Counted from the stretch's first letter, positions 19,762-30,432 are shown. The stretch is 64,000 nt of DNA from Waterburya sp. (GCA_965217895.1 CBDCJV010000002.1:1184001-1248000); one strand, 5' to 3'. Notes: generated by a model from the letters alone, not told the origin. Translations and numbers: made by a program.

Positions 19762-20503
19762 CGATTTTTTCCCTTCCTAAATAAACTTCAATTACTTTGG
19801 AGTTGTTTTGAATTTCCTGTACTGAGCCTTCAGCTAACTTTGCTCCCTGGTGCAGTACGATAATTCTTTCGGCGATTTGTTTAACAAATTCCATATCGTG
19901 TTCGATCGCAACTACGGCATAATTTTGTGCCAATGTTTTGATAATTTCCCCCGTGGCGTGGGTTTCTTCGGGGGTCATCCCAGCGGTGGGTTCATCCAAT
20001 AACACTAAACTAGGTTCTTGAGCGATTACCATGCCAATTTCTACCCACTGTTTTTGACCGTGAGATAATGAGCCGACTGTTTCGCTAGCATAATTCAATA
20101 AACCGATGCGATCGAGTACATCGATAATCTTATCTTTCTTACCCGAAGTTAATTTGGCAGTGATCGCACTAACAATTCCTCGCTTGCCTTTTAATGCCAA
20201 TAAAATATTTTCAAATACGGTTAATTCATTATAAACGTTGGGGTTTTGAAATTTTCGCCCGATACCCATTTTGGCAATTTCATAGGGATTTTTATTAGTA
20301 ATATCTTTACCTTGAAAATAAACATTTCCTTCTGCCACAGGAGACTTACAAACGATCGCATCTAAGAGAGTGCTTTTACCTGCACCGTTAGGACCAATAA
20401 TGGTCACAATTTCGCGATCGCCTACTTCTAAATCTACTCCTTTCAAGGCTTTGAAACCAGAAAAGACTACCTGCAAATTTTTGACTGATAAGATGGGTTT
20501 CAT
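19748..20503 (-). CDS. urtD: Urea/amide ABC transporter ATP-binding subunit
   Basis: GPNGAGKST, GIGRKFQNP, LSHGQKQWVEIGM, EHDMEFV. Confidence 0.85.
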   Translation of the reverse strand: MKPILSVKNLQVVFSGFKALKGVDLEVGDREIVTIIGPNGAGKSTLLDAIVCKSPVAEGNVYFQGKDITNKNPYEIAKMGIGRKFQNPNVYNELTVFENILLALKGKRGIVSAITAKLTSGKKDKIIDVLDRIGLLNYASETVGSLSHGQKQWVEIGMVIAQEPSLVLLDEPTAGMTPEETHATGEIIKTLAQNYAVVAIEHDMEFVKQIAERIIVLHQGAKLAEGSVQEIQNNSKVIEVYLGREKIDVAA

Positions 20504-20640
20504 AATTATTTTTTTCTCTTAAAGTTTGCTACAGATAACTGACGGGGAGACTAAGTGACTGAGGGAAGGTCTATCTGTATCATTCTTTTTTGTATTTCAT
20601 GTTGGTTTTTACTGTTACATTTAATTAACAATTACTTAAG

Positions 20641-21699
20641 TTATACTTTCTTTCTATTGAACAATTTTGTAACAGAACCTACCAATCCATCAGGAATAAA
20701 TAACACGACGATTAATAACAATATTCCTACAAATAATTGCCAGTCTTGAGTAACTTGTTCGGCAGAATTTTGAATTTGACCTAAAAGAATGGCAGCGATC
20801 AAAGGTCCAACCAATGTACCCCTGCCACCGATAGCTACCCAAATCACTACCTGCGTCCCAAAAGCCACTGCCAGATATACAGGAGAAATAAAGCGATTGA
20901 GAGGTACAAATAAACCCCCAGCGATACCTGCAATACCAGCAGAAAGAGTCCAGATAAAGATCTTGAAGCTAGCTACGTCATAGCCCAAATAGGAGATACG
21001 ATTTTCGTTCTCTTGAATTGAGCGCAAGATTAAGCCGAAGTTAGATTGAGTCAGCCACCAGCTACCTACCAGAACAAAGGTAGTAAACAGCAAAATCATC
21101 CAATAAATACCATTTGGGGGAATATCTGCGCCAAAGATACTTAGTTTGGATACATCAGTAATGCCGTTTGTTCCGCCTGTATATGCCTGTTGGCTAATAA
21201 AAAAGGTAGTTAAAGCCGAAGAGATTGCTAGGGTAATAATTGTAATATAGACCCCACTTACCTTAGAGCGAAAGATAAACCAGCCGATTAGATAAGCAAA
21301 AACAGCAGGGACTAAGACCATCGCGATCGCAGCTATGGGGAAATATTTTAAAGGCGCGATAAACCAGGGTAATTCCTTTAAGCCATTCCAGACCATAAAA
21401 TCAGGCAAATTTCCCCCGTAGGTATTAGCTGAGGCGGAAAGATTTAGCTTGAGATAATATGCCATGGCATAACCCCCCAGGGTAAAGAATACCCCGTGGG
21501 CAAAACTCAGAATTCCTGTAAACCCCCAAACTAAATCTAGGGAGATAGATAAAGCACCAAACAGCAAGAGTTTGGAGAGCAAGGATATTTGAAAATCACC
21601 AACTATAAACGGCAAAACTGCCATTACTAAAAAGCTGATTGCCGTAACAATAGCTAGCCTTGTAGGAGTTCGCGATCGCGTTGCAATACCAATAGTCAT
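20641..21699 (-). CDS. urtC: Urea/amide ABC transporter permease
   Basis: LDLVWGFTGILS, LPDFMVWNG..ELPWF, WVAIGGRGTLVG. Confidence 0.85.
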   Translation of the reverse strand: MTIGIATRSRTPTRLAIVTAISFLVMAVLPFIVGDFQISLLSKLLLFGALSISLDLVWGFTGILSFAHGVFFTLGGYAMAYYLKLNLSASANTYGGNLPDFMVWNGLKELPWFIAPLKYFPIAAIAMVLVPAVFAYLIGWFIFRSKVSGVYITIITLAISSALTTFFISQQAYTGGTNGITDVSKLSIFGADIPPNGIYWMILLFTTFVLVGSWWLTQSNFGLILRSIQENENRISYLGYDVASFKIFIWTLSAGIAGIAGGLFVPLNRFISPVYLAVAFGTQVVIWVAIGGRGTLVGPLIAAILLGQIQNSAEQVTQDWQLFVGILLLIVVLFIPDGLVGSVTKLFNRKKV

Positions 21700-21774
21700 T
21701 TTTTTAAAGGATGAATTGTGAAGGACGAGGAAAATAGAGTTCTGGAGAACAAATTAGCTTTTTGCAGACTAAAC

Positions 21775-21905
21775 CTTACGTAAGGGGTTTGGGGATGCCG
21801 TCACTTCCCCAATGGGGGAGGACACGAGGGGCGAATGTATTCGCCCCCTTGTGATGTCCGTTGGTCTGGGGGGCTAGTCCCCCAGTAGGGTTTTTGGCTT
21901 TCAAA
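21775..21905. repeat. GC-rich palindromic dispersed repeat between urtB and urtC, with an inner REP-like hairpin
   Basis: Reverse complement matches the CCCCCAGACC...CCCCAAACCCC core at 1700-1745 and 31590-31636; inner GGGGCGAAT-GT-ATTCGCCCC. Confidence 0.65.
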
Positions 21906-21953
21906 AATTTGAGTAAGAAAAAAAAGAGCAATAGAGAAAGCATTTTAATTAAC

Positions 21954-22907
21954 CTAACCTCTCTTCTGAATGGTAAATAGACCTTCAGGCTTATAGCGAA
22001 TAAGAATGATAACTGCTGCCAGGACGATTACCCTAGCTGTAGGATCGTTAAGTAGATAAGCAATACCTGAGCTTGATTCGCCGATCACAAAAGCACCAGC
22101 TAAAATACCAACTAACTTATCCACTCCTCCTGTTACCACCGTCATCCAGGCATCGATTAAATAATCTTGTCCCATCGGTGGAGAAACACTTTTAAGAGAC
22201 GAAATAACCGAACCTGCTATACCCGCTAGTCCGCAACCATAAGCAAAAGTCACCATGTCTACCAAGCTAGTATTTACCCCCAAACACTTTGCCATTTCTC
22301 GGTTTTGAGTTACTGCCCGTACTTGACGACCTAAATCGGTCTTATTGAGCAAATAGCCTGTCAAAACAAGTAAAGCGATCGCCACTACCACAATAAACAG
22401 TCGATAATAAGAAATAGCGATCGCAGGAGAACCTTGAGCATCTTTGAGCAAGGTTAAATTACCAGATATGTAAGGTGGAGACTTTACATACTTTAGCTGT
22501 GCCGTGAAAATCAGCTTAATTATACCCTGCAAGACAATACTCAACCCCCAGGTAGCCAGCAAAGTTTCTAAAGGACGACCATATAATCGCCTAATAATAG
22601 TAAGCTCTACTAATGCCCCAATCGCCCCTGTAATTAGAAAGGAGAAGGGAATAGTTAGCAGTAAATCCATGCCAAAAGCATCCTGCATCAAGAAAGTAAC
22701 ATAAGCTCCCAGCATGATAAATTCTCCGTGTGCTAGGTTAATGATCCGCATCACCCCAAAGGTAATTGCCAAACCTAACCCAGTCAGCAAGAGAATTCCG
22801 ACAATACCAATCCCATTAACTAGCTGATTGCCTAAAGCAACCAAGCTAAATGCTTCAGTTGGTTCTTGGGTTGCGGCCTCTTGCGCCAAATAATAAAGCA
22901 AGTACAT
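21954..22907 (-). CDS. urtB: Urea/amide ABC transporter permease
   Basis: GLAITFGVMRIINLAHGEFIMLGAY, YGRPLETLLATWGLS. Confidence 0.85.
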   Translation of the reverse strand: MYLLYYLAQEAATQEPTEAFSLVALGNQLVNGIGIVGILLLTGLGLAITFGVMRIINLAHGEFIMLGAYVTFLMQDAFGMDLLLTIPFSFLITGAIGALVELTIIRRLYGRPLETLLATWGLSIVLQGIIKLIFTAQLKYVKSPPYISGNLTLLKDAQGSPAIAISYYRLFIVVVAIALLVLTGYLLNKTDLGRQVRAVTQNREMAKCLGVNTSLVDMVTFAYGCGLAGIAGSVISSLKSVSPPMGQDYLIDAWMTVVTGGVDKLVGILAGAFVIGESSSGIAYLLNDPTARVIVLAAVIILIRYKPEGLFTIQKRG

Positions 22908-23018
22908 AATTACTAATTACTGATTACTGATTATCAATTACTGATTACGATGGTGGGCATTATCTCAAGAATCTTTTTCTGCTGTAGTTGATGATCATGC
23001 CCGCCCTACAATACTGTT

Positions 23019-24392
23019 CTAAGATTTTTCTAAATACTTAACTCCTAACTCTTTTCCTGTCTCTTTAGTAGGGTTACTGCGATCGTCAGGAGTTGGATGA
23101 ACGCACTCACGACCTGGATAAAGAACTTGACTCCAAGGAATTGGTTTGACTGCTGAAGGTGTAGCAAAGACAATATCTGCTTGTCCCTCGGCGTTCCATT
23201 TACCAATCCGCGAATAGAGATAGGTGTGGAAGTTTTCGGGATCGACTTTGACTAAACCTTGAGGTGCGTTAAACTCCTGCGTTCTAGTGGCTTCTCTCAA
23301 AGTTCCAGTATTTATTTCTCCTCCTTTTTTTAGTATGTCTGCCATAGCCTGTGCCATAAAGAAGGTTTGAATGTATGCCGCTTCCATTACCCCGTTAGTG
23401 ACTCGATTGTCGCCAAATTTTGCTTTAAACTGTTCGACGAAAGCTTTGTTTTCTGGAGTGTCTACGGTTTGGAAATAGTTAAAGCTGGTATAGTGACCTT
23501 GAGCATATTCTGCGCCCATCGCCTGAATTTCTTCTTCAGTAGTGGGATAAGCCATAATTGGTACTTGGTCGGCGGTAATCCCTGCATCTTTATACTGACG
23601 ATAGAATGCGGGAATGCTGTCTCCGACTAAGTTACTCAGCACAAAGTCAGGTTTAGCCTGCTTAATTTTATTAATAATGGTGATAAATTCTGTAGTTCCA
23701 AGGGGAGAATATTCATCACCGACGACTTGACCGCCAATTTTTTCTAGTTGGGCTTTGGCAATACGATTACTTTCTTTAGGGTAGATATAGTCTGAACCGA
23801 TAAAAAATCCTTTGGGTCCAAAATTCTTGTAACTATAGGGAATAGAATCGGTAATTTGTTGGTTTGGTGCAGCCCCCGCGTAGAAAACATCTGAGCTACA
23901 TTCGTTACCCTCATAGTAAACAGGATAGTAAAGAATAGTATTTTTTTCTTCAAATACTGGCAATACTGATTTACGACTGGCAGAGGTATAGCAACCAAGA
24001 ACACAGGTTACTTTATCTTCGTCGATGAGGCGTTTTGACATCTGGTTATACAAATCCCAGTCAGAGTTGGGGTTAACTACCACCTTCTGAATTTTTCTGC
24101 CGTTGATACCGACCCCTTTACCTTTCCAGGGACCTGTATCGGTATTTATCTGTTCCAACGCCAGAAAAGTAGCATCTTGTAACGATTTTTCGACAATCGC
24201 GATCGTTCCAGTAGTAGAGTACATTACTCCCACTTTGATTGGATTTTCTCCTAAGTCTTCGTCTCCTGTGCTAGAATTACCGCCACCAGTACAGGCAGCT
24301 AAGATACCTGTACCTACAGCCAATGAACTATATTGAATAAATTTACGGCGACTTAGACCTCCAAAAGTGGGAGGTTGATGCTTTTTGTTCAT
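23019..24392 (-). CDS. urtA: Urea/amide ABC transporter substrate-binding lipoprotein (UrtA/AmiC family)
   Basis: Tat motif SRRKF, lipobox LAAC, GCYTSASRKSVLPVFE, YEGNE, GAAPNQQ; ATG at 24392 preferred. Confidence 0.85.
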   Translation of the reverse strand: MNKKHQPPTFGGLSRRKFIQYSSLAVGTGILAACTGGGNSSTGDEDLGENPIKVGVMYSTTGTIAIVEKSLQDATFLALEQINTDTGPWKGKGVGINGRKIQKVVVNPNSDWDLYNQMSKRLIDEDKVTCVLGCYTSASRKSVLPVFEEKNTILYYPVYYEGNECSSDVFYAGAAPNQQITDSIPYSYKNFGPKGFFIGSDYIYPKESNRIAKAQLEKIGGQVVGDEYSPLGTTEFITIINKIKQAKPDFVLSNLVGDSIPAFYRQYKDAGITADQVPIMAYPTTEEEIQAMGAEYAQGHYTSFNYFQTVDTPENKAFVEQFKAKFGDNRVTNGVMEAAYIQTFFMAQAMADILKKGGEINTGTLREATRTQEFNAPQGLVKVDPENFHTYLYSRIGKWNAEGQADIVFATPSAVKPIPWSQVLYPGRECVHPTPDDRSNPTKETGKELGVKYLEKS

Positions 24393-24542
24393 GTGTTTGT
24401 CTTTTCTACTGAATGAAATTGAAGATAGTTGCAATAAATAAATTTAATTGCAGAAGCAAATGAAAAACATCTCTTTTTTTAGCTCATAAAGATCGTATAT
24501 AAGGTATTAGGAATTTTAGATTATTAGTTTTTGCTTTACTGA

Positions 24543-24584
24543 AGAATAAACTTGTCTTCCTATTCGTTTTGTAAAATTGAATAC
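24543..24584 (-). promoter_or_regulatory. Canonical NtcA-activated promoter for the transporter operon
   Basis: GTA-N8-TAC at 24571-24584; on the minus strand TATTCT (TAN3T) follows exactly 22 nt later. Confidence 0.8.
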
Positions 24585-25036
24585 ATAATGAACGTTTTTC
24601 TTTAGTCGCTCCAATTATCATAATCAAGTAGACTAGCTAGTGCTGATTTTGGTTATTTCAAGCGCAAATCTTCGAGAATCTTAATACTGTAACTAAGCAC
24701 TAAGCATTCAAGAAGCTTTAATCGTTTTAGATAATTAATACTATCTATAAATAACATCCAAGACAATTTATGCAGTTGTTATATTTAACGTCTGGTGTTA
24801 ATTAAAACTTGCTTTTAGGATAGCTTTGGTTATGGAAATATTAACTTTTTCGAGTTGCACTCAATAAACACGCCTCCTAAGCTATAAAAAGTGATGAATT
24901 TTCACGTAGTTTTCTAAAGCTAAGAGCTAATAGCTAATAGCTGATAGCTAATAGCTAAAAACTAGTAAATTAGAGCGAAGCTAATTCACACTAAGCGTAT
25001 TTAATTATTTGTTGAACTGGGAATAAAATTTATTTT

Positions 25037-25050
25037 GTAGCCATTGTTAC
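25037..25050 (+). promoter_or_regulatory. NtcA box upstream of fmdA
   Basis: GTAGCCATTGTTAC; imperfect -10 (CAATAT) 22 nt downstream. Confidence 0.65.
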
Positions 25051-25257
25051 TTTTAATATTCTGCAAATAGTCCAATATTCGTAAATGAGTTCGTTTTTGT
25101 TATTCAAATGATTTCTCTTTTTCACGAAATTATTTACACGAAAATATCAAAAGATTGCTAAAAAGTCCTACAGTTCCTAGCTGCAATCTTTAGTTTTGAG
25201 GAATCACATTTGTCAGATTTCCTCTTCCATACACTTATTAGTAAAGAGCAGAATAAA

Positions 25258-26445
25258 ATGCCAGAAACTCTCTTCAAAATTGACCTGACCAAACCAATGG
25301 CAAAGCAAGATGTCCCTGGTCATAATCGTTGGCATCCTGATATCCCCGCGGTAGTTTCTGTTAAGCCTGGTGATGTCTTTCGGATTGAATGTAAAGACTG
25401 GACGGACGGGCAAATTAGTAATAACGATGACCCCAGCGACATAGAGAAGGTGGATCTCAGAAAAGTCCATATGCTTAGTGGTCCAATTCGAGTAGAGGGA
25501 GCAAAACCAGGAGATATTTTAGTTGTAGACTTGCTAGATATTGGTACTTTGCCTGGAGATGAGTGGGGCTTTACTGGTATATTCTCGCGAGATAACGGCG
25601 GTGGTTTTTTGACCGATCATTATCCTCAAGCAGCTAAAGCCTGTTGGGATATACAGGGAATATATACTAGTTCGCGTCATATTCCTGGAGTACGCTTTGC
25701 AGGTATTACTCATCCTGGATTGATTGGTTGCGCCCCATCGATGGAATTATTGCAAACATGGAATAAGCGAGAAAGAGCTTTAGTAGCCAAAGGCGGACCC
25801 CCTTGGAAACCAGAAATACCAGATCTAGCAGCTTTACCCAACCCAGAAGAGGCAGTATTAGGAACTTTATCAGGTTCGGAATTTGAGCGCGTAGCAGCCG
25901 AAGCTGCTCGTACCGTGCCACCAAGAGAACATGGTGGAAACTGTGATATTAAAAACTTGTCTAAAGGTTCAAAAATATACTTTCCTGTATATGTAGATGG
26001 TGCCAACTTATCGATGGGTGATATTCATTTTTCTCAAGGAGATGGAGAAATATCATTCTGTGGTGCGATCGAAATGTCAGGCTATATCGATCTTCACGTA
26101 GATATTATCAAAGGGGGCGTGGAGAAATATGCGATGGTTAACCCCATCTTTAAACCAGGTCCTGTTGAGCCTCATTATTCAGAATATCTGATCTTTGAGG
26201 GTATTTCGGTTGATGAGTTTAGCGGCGAACAATATTACCTAGACGCTCATGTTTCCTATCGAAACGCCTGCTTGAATGCAATTAATTATCTAAAAAAATT
26301 CGGCTTTACAGGAGAACAAGCATATCTTTTACTTAGTTGCGCCCCTGTTGAAGGTAGAATTAGCGGTATTGTCGATGTGCCTAATGCTTGCTGTACTTTG
26401 GCATTACCTACTGCCATTTTTGACAAGAGTATTGTCCCGACATAA
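25258..26445 (+). CDS. fmdA: Formamidase/acetamidase
   Basis: HNRWHPDIP, ECKDWTDGQI, PPREHGGNCDIKNL, GDIHFSQGDGEISFCGAIEM. Confidence 0.93.
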   Translation: MPETLFKIDLTKPMAKQDVPGHNRWHPDIPAVVSVKPGDVFRIECKDWTDGQISNNDDPSDIEKVDLRKVHMLSGPIRVEGAKPGDILVVDLLDIGTLPGDEWGFTGIFSRDNGGGFLTDHYPQAAKACWDIQGIYTSSRHIPGVRFAGITHPGLIGCAPSMELLQTWNKRERALVAKGGPPWKPEIPDLAALPNPEEAVLGTLSGSEFERVAAEAARTVPPREHGGNCDIKNLSKGSKIYFPVYVDGANLSMGDIHFSQGDGEISFCGAIEMSGYIDLHVDIIKGGVEKYAMVNPIFKPGPVEPHYSEYLIFEGISVDEFSGEQYYLDAHVSYRNACLNAINYLKKFGFTGEQAYLLLSCAPVEGRISGIVDVPNACCTLALPTAIFDKSIVPT

Positions 26446-26568
26446 GGATATTTTGGCAGGTTAAGTATACCTAATTGAAAAGGTGGGCAAAAGTATTTTT
26501 TCAATTTGAAAAGTTCAAACATAGCCCTTGCCCACCCTGCTATTGATTATCAATTATCCATTGACAAA

Positions 26569-26859
26569 ATGCCCCTATACGAATATCGCTGTGATACTTG
26601 CGGAGAATTTGAAGCTTGGCGCAGCATGGACAAATATAATGCACCTATAAACTGTCCTGACTGTAACCAAGCTGCAATAAAAATATTTTCTGCTCCTAAT
26701 GTTAATCTTAATTCAGGAAGTCTATCGGCGATCGCTAAGTCGCAGTCTTCTGAACCGAGAGTAGTTAAACGAGAACAAAAAGAACCTACCAAACCAAGAT
26801 ATCAAAGCTCCACTAGTAATAGACCTTGGATGGTTTCTCATGCCCCAGCAAGGTTTTAA
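26569..26859 (+). CDS. fmdB: FmdB-family zinc-ribbon protein
   Basis: MPLYEYRCDTCG..CPDC and C-terminal RPWM; directly after fmdA. Confidence 0.88.
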   Translation: MPLYEYRCDTCGEFEAWRSMDKYNAPINCPDCNQAAIKIFSAPNVNLNSGSLSAIAKSQSSEPRVVKREQKEPTKPRYQSSTSNRPWMVSHAPARF

Positions 26860-27015
26860 AAAATGAAGATAGAAATAGTCTAAGGCAGCGAAAATAATAG
26901 TCAAGCGATCGCTATTAGGGAAGCCAACAAAAAGACTATTTTATAGGTTCTTAGACTTCTGCACGAATTAAAAACTTTGGTTAATAATGAAGTCAAAAGT
27001 CAAGCGTGTTTAATA

Positions 27016-27765
27016 ATGAACATTAGTCTAGTTGGTTTTTATGGTGATAAACCTGTTCAGTTAATTAACCTGATTCAAAAGCTACAAACTCTGACAAATC
27101 AATTAATTAAAGATAAATTTGTCCCCTATCAGCTAGAACAAGTTCACGGGACAATTATTGGCTGTGAAGGCTATAAAACTGAGGCGGGCATAATTAATAA
27201 ATGGTTTTGTGAACGTAGAGAAGAAAGCAGATATATAGATATTCCTGGTTTGATTGACTATCTTCAGAATCGAGTTGATTTTCCTTTAGATATAAGGTTT
27301 GGAGGGTGCGATCGCCATACTGATTATAATTTCCTCAGTCGCAATCAACATCTTTACGAGCGTTCTTTTCAACTCCAACCAGCAGACAATCAAACCCTTC
27401 CTGTATTGATTGGTTGGTCATGGTCAAACAATAGCGTTTCTTTAGCAGTAGATAGTTTGCGTTGTGACTTACAGCAATTTGGTTTGCTGCATAAATATCA
27501 CGCGACTCCTAACGATGTAGATAATGACTTTTATCTACGTTTGGGAACTATCAATGCTAAGTTAACCTCAGCAGAAATTCAAGCTATCTCTACAGAAATT
27601 CGCAACTGGCTGGAAACTCAACCCGCTTTAAATATCCCAATTACCATAAACGACTTGGCTTTTGCCCAATATCAAGATTTAACTCTGGCGACAGCAACGA
27701 CTAAAATATTTCCCGTTGCGAAAATTACCTTTAGTCAACTTGAACAACTGTATTTTTTTAAATGA
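27016..27765 (+). CDS. Hypothetical protein (one HxT motif; possibly 2H-phosphoesterase-like)
   Basis: Long ORF containing QVHGTIIG; fold assignment tentative. Confidence 0.6.
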   Translation: MNISLVGFYGDKPVQLINLIQKLQTLTNQLIKDKFVPYQLEQVHGTIIGCEGYKTEAGIINKWFCERREESRYIDIPGLIDYLQNRVDFPLDIRFGGCDRHTDYNFLSRNQHLYERSFQLQPADNQTLPVLIGWSWSNNSVSLAVDSLRCDLQQFGLLHKYHATPNDVDNDFYLRLGTINAKLTSAEIQAISTEIRNWLETQPALNIPITINDLAFAQYQDLTLATATTKIFPVAKITFSQLEQLYFFK

Positions 27766-27807
27766 ACAATTAGCAAGTTTTGCCAAGAATGAAGGTAACT
27801 TATACTC

Positions 27808-28140
27808 TTACAAATTACTAGCTTTTGCTGCTTCAGATAAAATATCATCCATCCAGGCATTAATACTTTTGTTCGCTTTTTTTGCTGCCAAATAAATTTG
27901 GCGGTGACGTTCGACCGATGTTCTAAAAGGTAGCTTACCTGAAAAAGATTTATCTGGCTTTTCATTGATTTCAGCGCACCATTCTAAGTAGTCATCTACG
28001 GAATTATGAAATTCTTGTTCCAACTCGGCTACGGTATTAGCTTGAAACGTAATTACATCTTTAATATCTAATACTTTGCCAAACAAGATTCCTTCTGTTT
28101 CATCTATTTCAGCAGATGCTGTATATCCTTTGTATTTCAT
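27808..28140 (-). CDS. hicB: HicB family antitoxin
   Basis: MKYKGYTA, DVITFQ, SVDDYLEWC, FSGKLPFR, KSINAW. Confidence 0.9.
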   Translation of the reverse strand: MKYKGYTASAEIDETEGILFGKVLDIKDVITFQANTVAELEQEFHNSVDDYLEWCAEINEKPDKSFSGKLPFRTSVERHRQIYLAAKKANKSINAWMDDILSEAAKASNL

Positions 28141-28153
28141 AGTTGGTTTTGAG

Positions 28154-28416
28154 TTAGTAATCGTAATTGCTCACGCCAGCATTAATTAAAAATTCCTGTA
28201 CTGATTCGATCGCACCCTTATTTGTTTCTCTTTCTGGATGAGGATTATGGAACACCGCTTTAACTCCATTTAAAGACACTCGAACTTTTGAGCCTTTTCC
28301 CTGGAAATTGTGCCTCCGAGAGCTTTGAATAAGCTTTCTATATTTATCCATTTAATATCAGAATGAATGGGGGTAGAGAAAATAGCAGCAAGAGTTTGAC
28401 GTTACTTGCTATTCAT
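28154..28416 (-). pseudogene. hicA: HicA toxin pseudogene (nonsense codon plus frameshift)
   Basis: MNSK*RQTLAAIFSTPIHSDIKWINIESLFKALGG, then a frame change to QGKGSKVRV..FHNPHP. Confidence 0.82.
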
Positions 28417-28532
28417 GCACTGCCGATCAAATCAGTCATATTAATTATTTCGCATTTTAATTGCAATCAACTTTATGATATCATATTTAGATATCATTCC
28501 CGATCAGAGATTTTCTAAATATCCAATAGATA

Positions 28533-28709
28533 AAAGCGATCGCAACTGACATTCTCGATATACTTGAAGCTCAACCATCTCTAAATATTTCGATTAGAGA
28601 AAACTTAGCTTTTGCCCAATATCAATATTCAACTCTTACAGGCGCAATAACCAAAATATTTCTTGCAAAAATAACCGTCAAACAATTATTGCAACTATAT
28701 CCTGATTAA
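28533..28709 (+). pseudogene. Diverged duplicate of the 3' end of the 27016-27765 gene
   Basis: [47 protein letters not shown] matches QAISTEIRNWLETQPALNIPITINDLAFAQYQ..KIFPVAKITFSQLEQLY. Confidence 0.8.
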
Positions 28710-29096
28710 TCTAGCTGCAATAATTCCCAGGTAAAGAACAAAAAAACCTAATACAGCACTACCTAGCCAATAGATAAATGCTTTATTTAGCTGAGAATCT
28801 CGTATTAAATTAATACTATCAAGTTCGTAAGTTGAAAAAGTAGTATAAGAACCTAAAAACCCGACAGCAATTAGTAAACGAATCTCTGGAGAAATTAGTA
28901 ACGCTCTTTCAAGTACTAAAGTTGTTAACAGCCCCATTGCAAAAGAACCAGTTAAATTAACAAATAAAGTGGCGTAGGGGAAGCCTGTGCCAAATCTTTG
29001 AGCGAGCCAAATGCTTAAGTAATAACGACTAAGAGAACCAGCGATCGCGCCAAGACTAACGGCGATAGGATTACGTACTGAGGGTTTTTCTAACAC
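28695..29096 (-). CDS. crcB: Fluoride efflux channel CrcB/FluC
   Basis: [36 protein letters not shown]; start codon uncertain (GTG at 29096 chosen). Confidence 0.9.
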   Translation of the reverse strand: MLEKPSVRNPIAVSLGAIAGSLSRYYLSIWLAQRFGTGFPYATLFVNLTGSFAMGLLTTLVLERALLISPEIRLLIAVGFLGSYTTFSTYELDSINLIRDSQLNKAFIYWLGSAVLGFFVLYLGIIAARLIRI

Positions 29097-29224
29097 TTCG
29101 GGAATAAAATGTAGTGTAATTGTGATTAAATGAACTAGGTTATGCAAATTTTTCACTTAGTCTAACGTTATTGACAGATTTATTATCCTAATTACATAGA
29201 TAACGTTAAACTAGACTCTGAAAG

Positions 29225-30103
29225 ATGAAAAAACTATTGGTTACGGGTGCAAGCGGTTTTTTAGGCTGGAACTTGTGTCAGTATGCTCAGGCAAACTGGA
29301 AAGTATACGGGACATATTTTAGTCATGAGGTAAAAATACCCAGAGCAACTTTATATAAGACTGATTTGAAAGATTTTGAGGCACTCGATCGACTATTTAA
29401 AGATATCAAGCCTGATGGGGTAATTCATACTGCTGCTGCTTCCAAACCTAATTTCTGTCAAACTAATCCGAATGAGTCTTACGCTATTAACGTTACGGCT
29501 GCGCTAAATATTGCTCGTCTATGTGGCGAACATAATATTCCTTGTGCCTTTACCTCAACGGATTTGGTCTTTGATGGCAAAAATCCTCTTTATGAGGAAA
29601 CCGATCCAGTTTGTCCAATCAATTATTACGGCGAACAAAAAGTAACCGCCGAACAAAAGATGCGGGAAGTATATCCTGCGATCGCAATTTGCCGAATGCC
29701 TTTGATGTTTGGTGCGCCTTCTTCCGTTGCTGCTAGCTTTATGCAGGGAATGGTTAGTAATCTTAAAGCTGGCAAAGAAATCAATTTATTTGTAGATGAA
29801 TTTCGTACACCTGCTAGTGCGTCTGCTACGTCTCAAGGATTGTTATTGGCTGTAGAAAAGAAGGTTCAGGGGATCTTACACTTGGGCGGAAAAGAGAGAA
29901 TCTCTCGTTATGACTTTGGGTTGTTGTTAGCAGATATTTGGCAATTACCAACAGATCTAATTAAACCAGGTAAACAATCAGATGTAGTTGCGGTAGCACC
30001 GCGATCGCCTGACACTTCTTTAGATAGCAGCAAAGCTTTTGCTCTTGGCTATCAGCCTTTATCTTTGAGAGAAGAGTTAACTAATTTGCTCAACGCGGTT
30101 TAA
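29225..30103 (+). CDS. RmlD-like NAD(P)-dependent oxidoreductase
   Basis: TGASGFLG, STDLVFDG, YGEQK, DEFRTP. Confidence 0.85.
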   Translation: MKKLLVTGASGFLGWNLCQYAQANWKVYGTYFSHEVKIPRATLYKTDLKDFEALDRLFKDIKPDGVIHTAAASKPNFCQTNPNESYAINVTAALNIARLCGEHNIPCAFTSTDLVFDGKNPLYEETDPVCPINYYGEQKVTAEQKMREVYPAIAICRMPLMFGAPSSVAASFMQGMVSNLKAGKEINLFVDEFRTPASASATSQGLLLAVEKKVQGILHLGGKERISRYDFGLLLADIWQLPTDLIKPGKQSDVVAVAPRSPDTSLDSSKAFALGYQPLSLREELTNLLNAV

Positions 30104-30135
30104 AACAGTTTTCTTGACAAACTTAGAAGCCTTAC

Positions 30136-30226
30136 ATAGCAGTTCTCATTTAAATGAGGTACGTTAACAACCTTGGTTTTTGTTGATTGTTAATCGGGTG
30201 TACCTTACCTATTTGAGAAAGGCTAT
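30136..30226. repeat. Palindromic MITE-like repeat (ATAGC...GCTAT family)
   Basis: ATAGCAGTTCTCA..GAGGTAC / GTACCTT..TGAGAAAGGCTAT; relatives at 50112-50234 and 63709-63814. Confidence 0.6.
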
Positions 30227-30236
30227 ATCTTTTAAG

Positions 30237-30429
30237 GGCGTTGCTGATTCAAGTGATGACGTATAAAATATTACTGTTCGTAGCTTTTAGCTCTCAGCTT
30301 TTAGCTATTAGCTTTCAAGTATTCTTCATGTTCCAACAAGGTGATTAGAGATGGCGAGGAAACCTCGCCCTCTCTCACCTTCAAATTAGGAAATAAAAAA
30401 CCTGTACAGCATTACAATTCAGCAACGCC
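30237..30429. mobile_element. 193-bp MITE with an 8-bp target-site duplication
   Basis: TIRs GGCGTTGCTGA / TCAGCAACGCC; exact flanking direct repeat CTTTTAAG (30229-30236 and 30430-30437). Confidence 0.85.
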
Positions 30430-30432
30430 CTT

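Noticed and set aside
29097..29224. Fluoride riboswitch upstream of crcB
   Set aside because: No GGNGATGG...GCTRATGA motif on the minus strand; the region is plain AT-rich.
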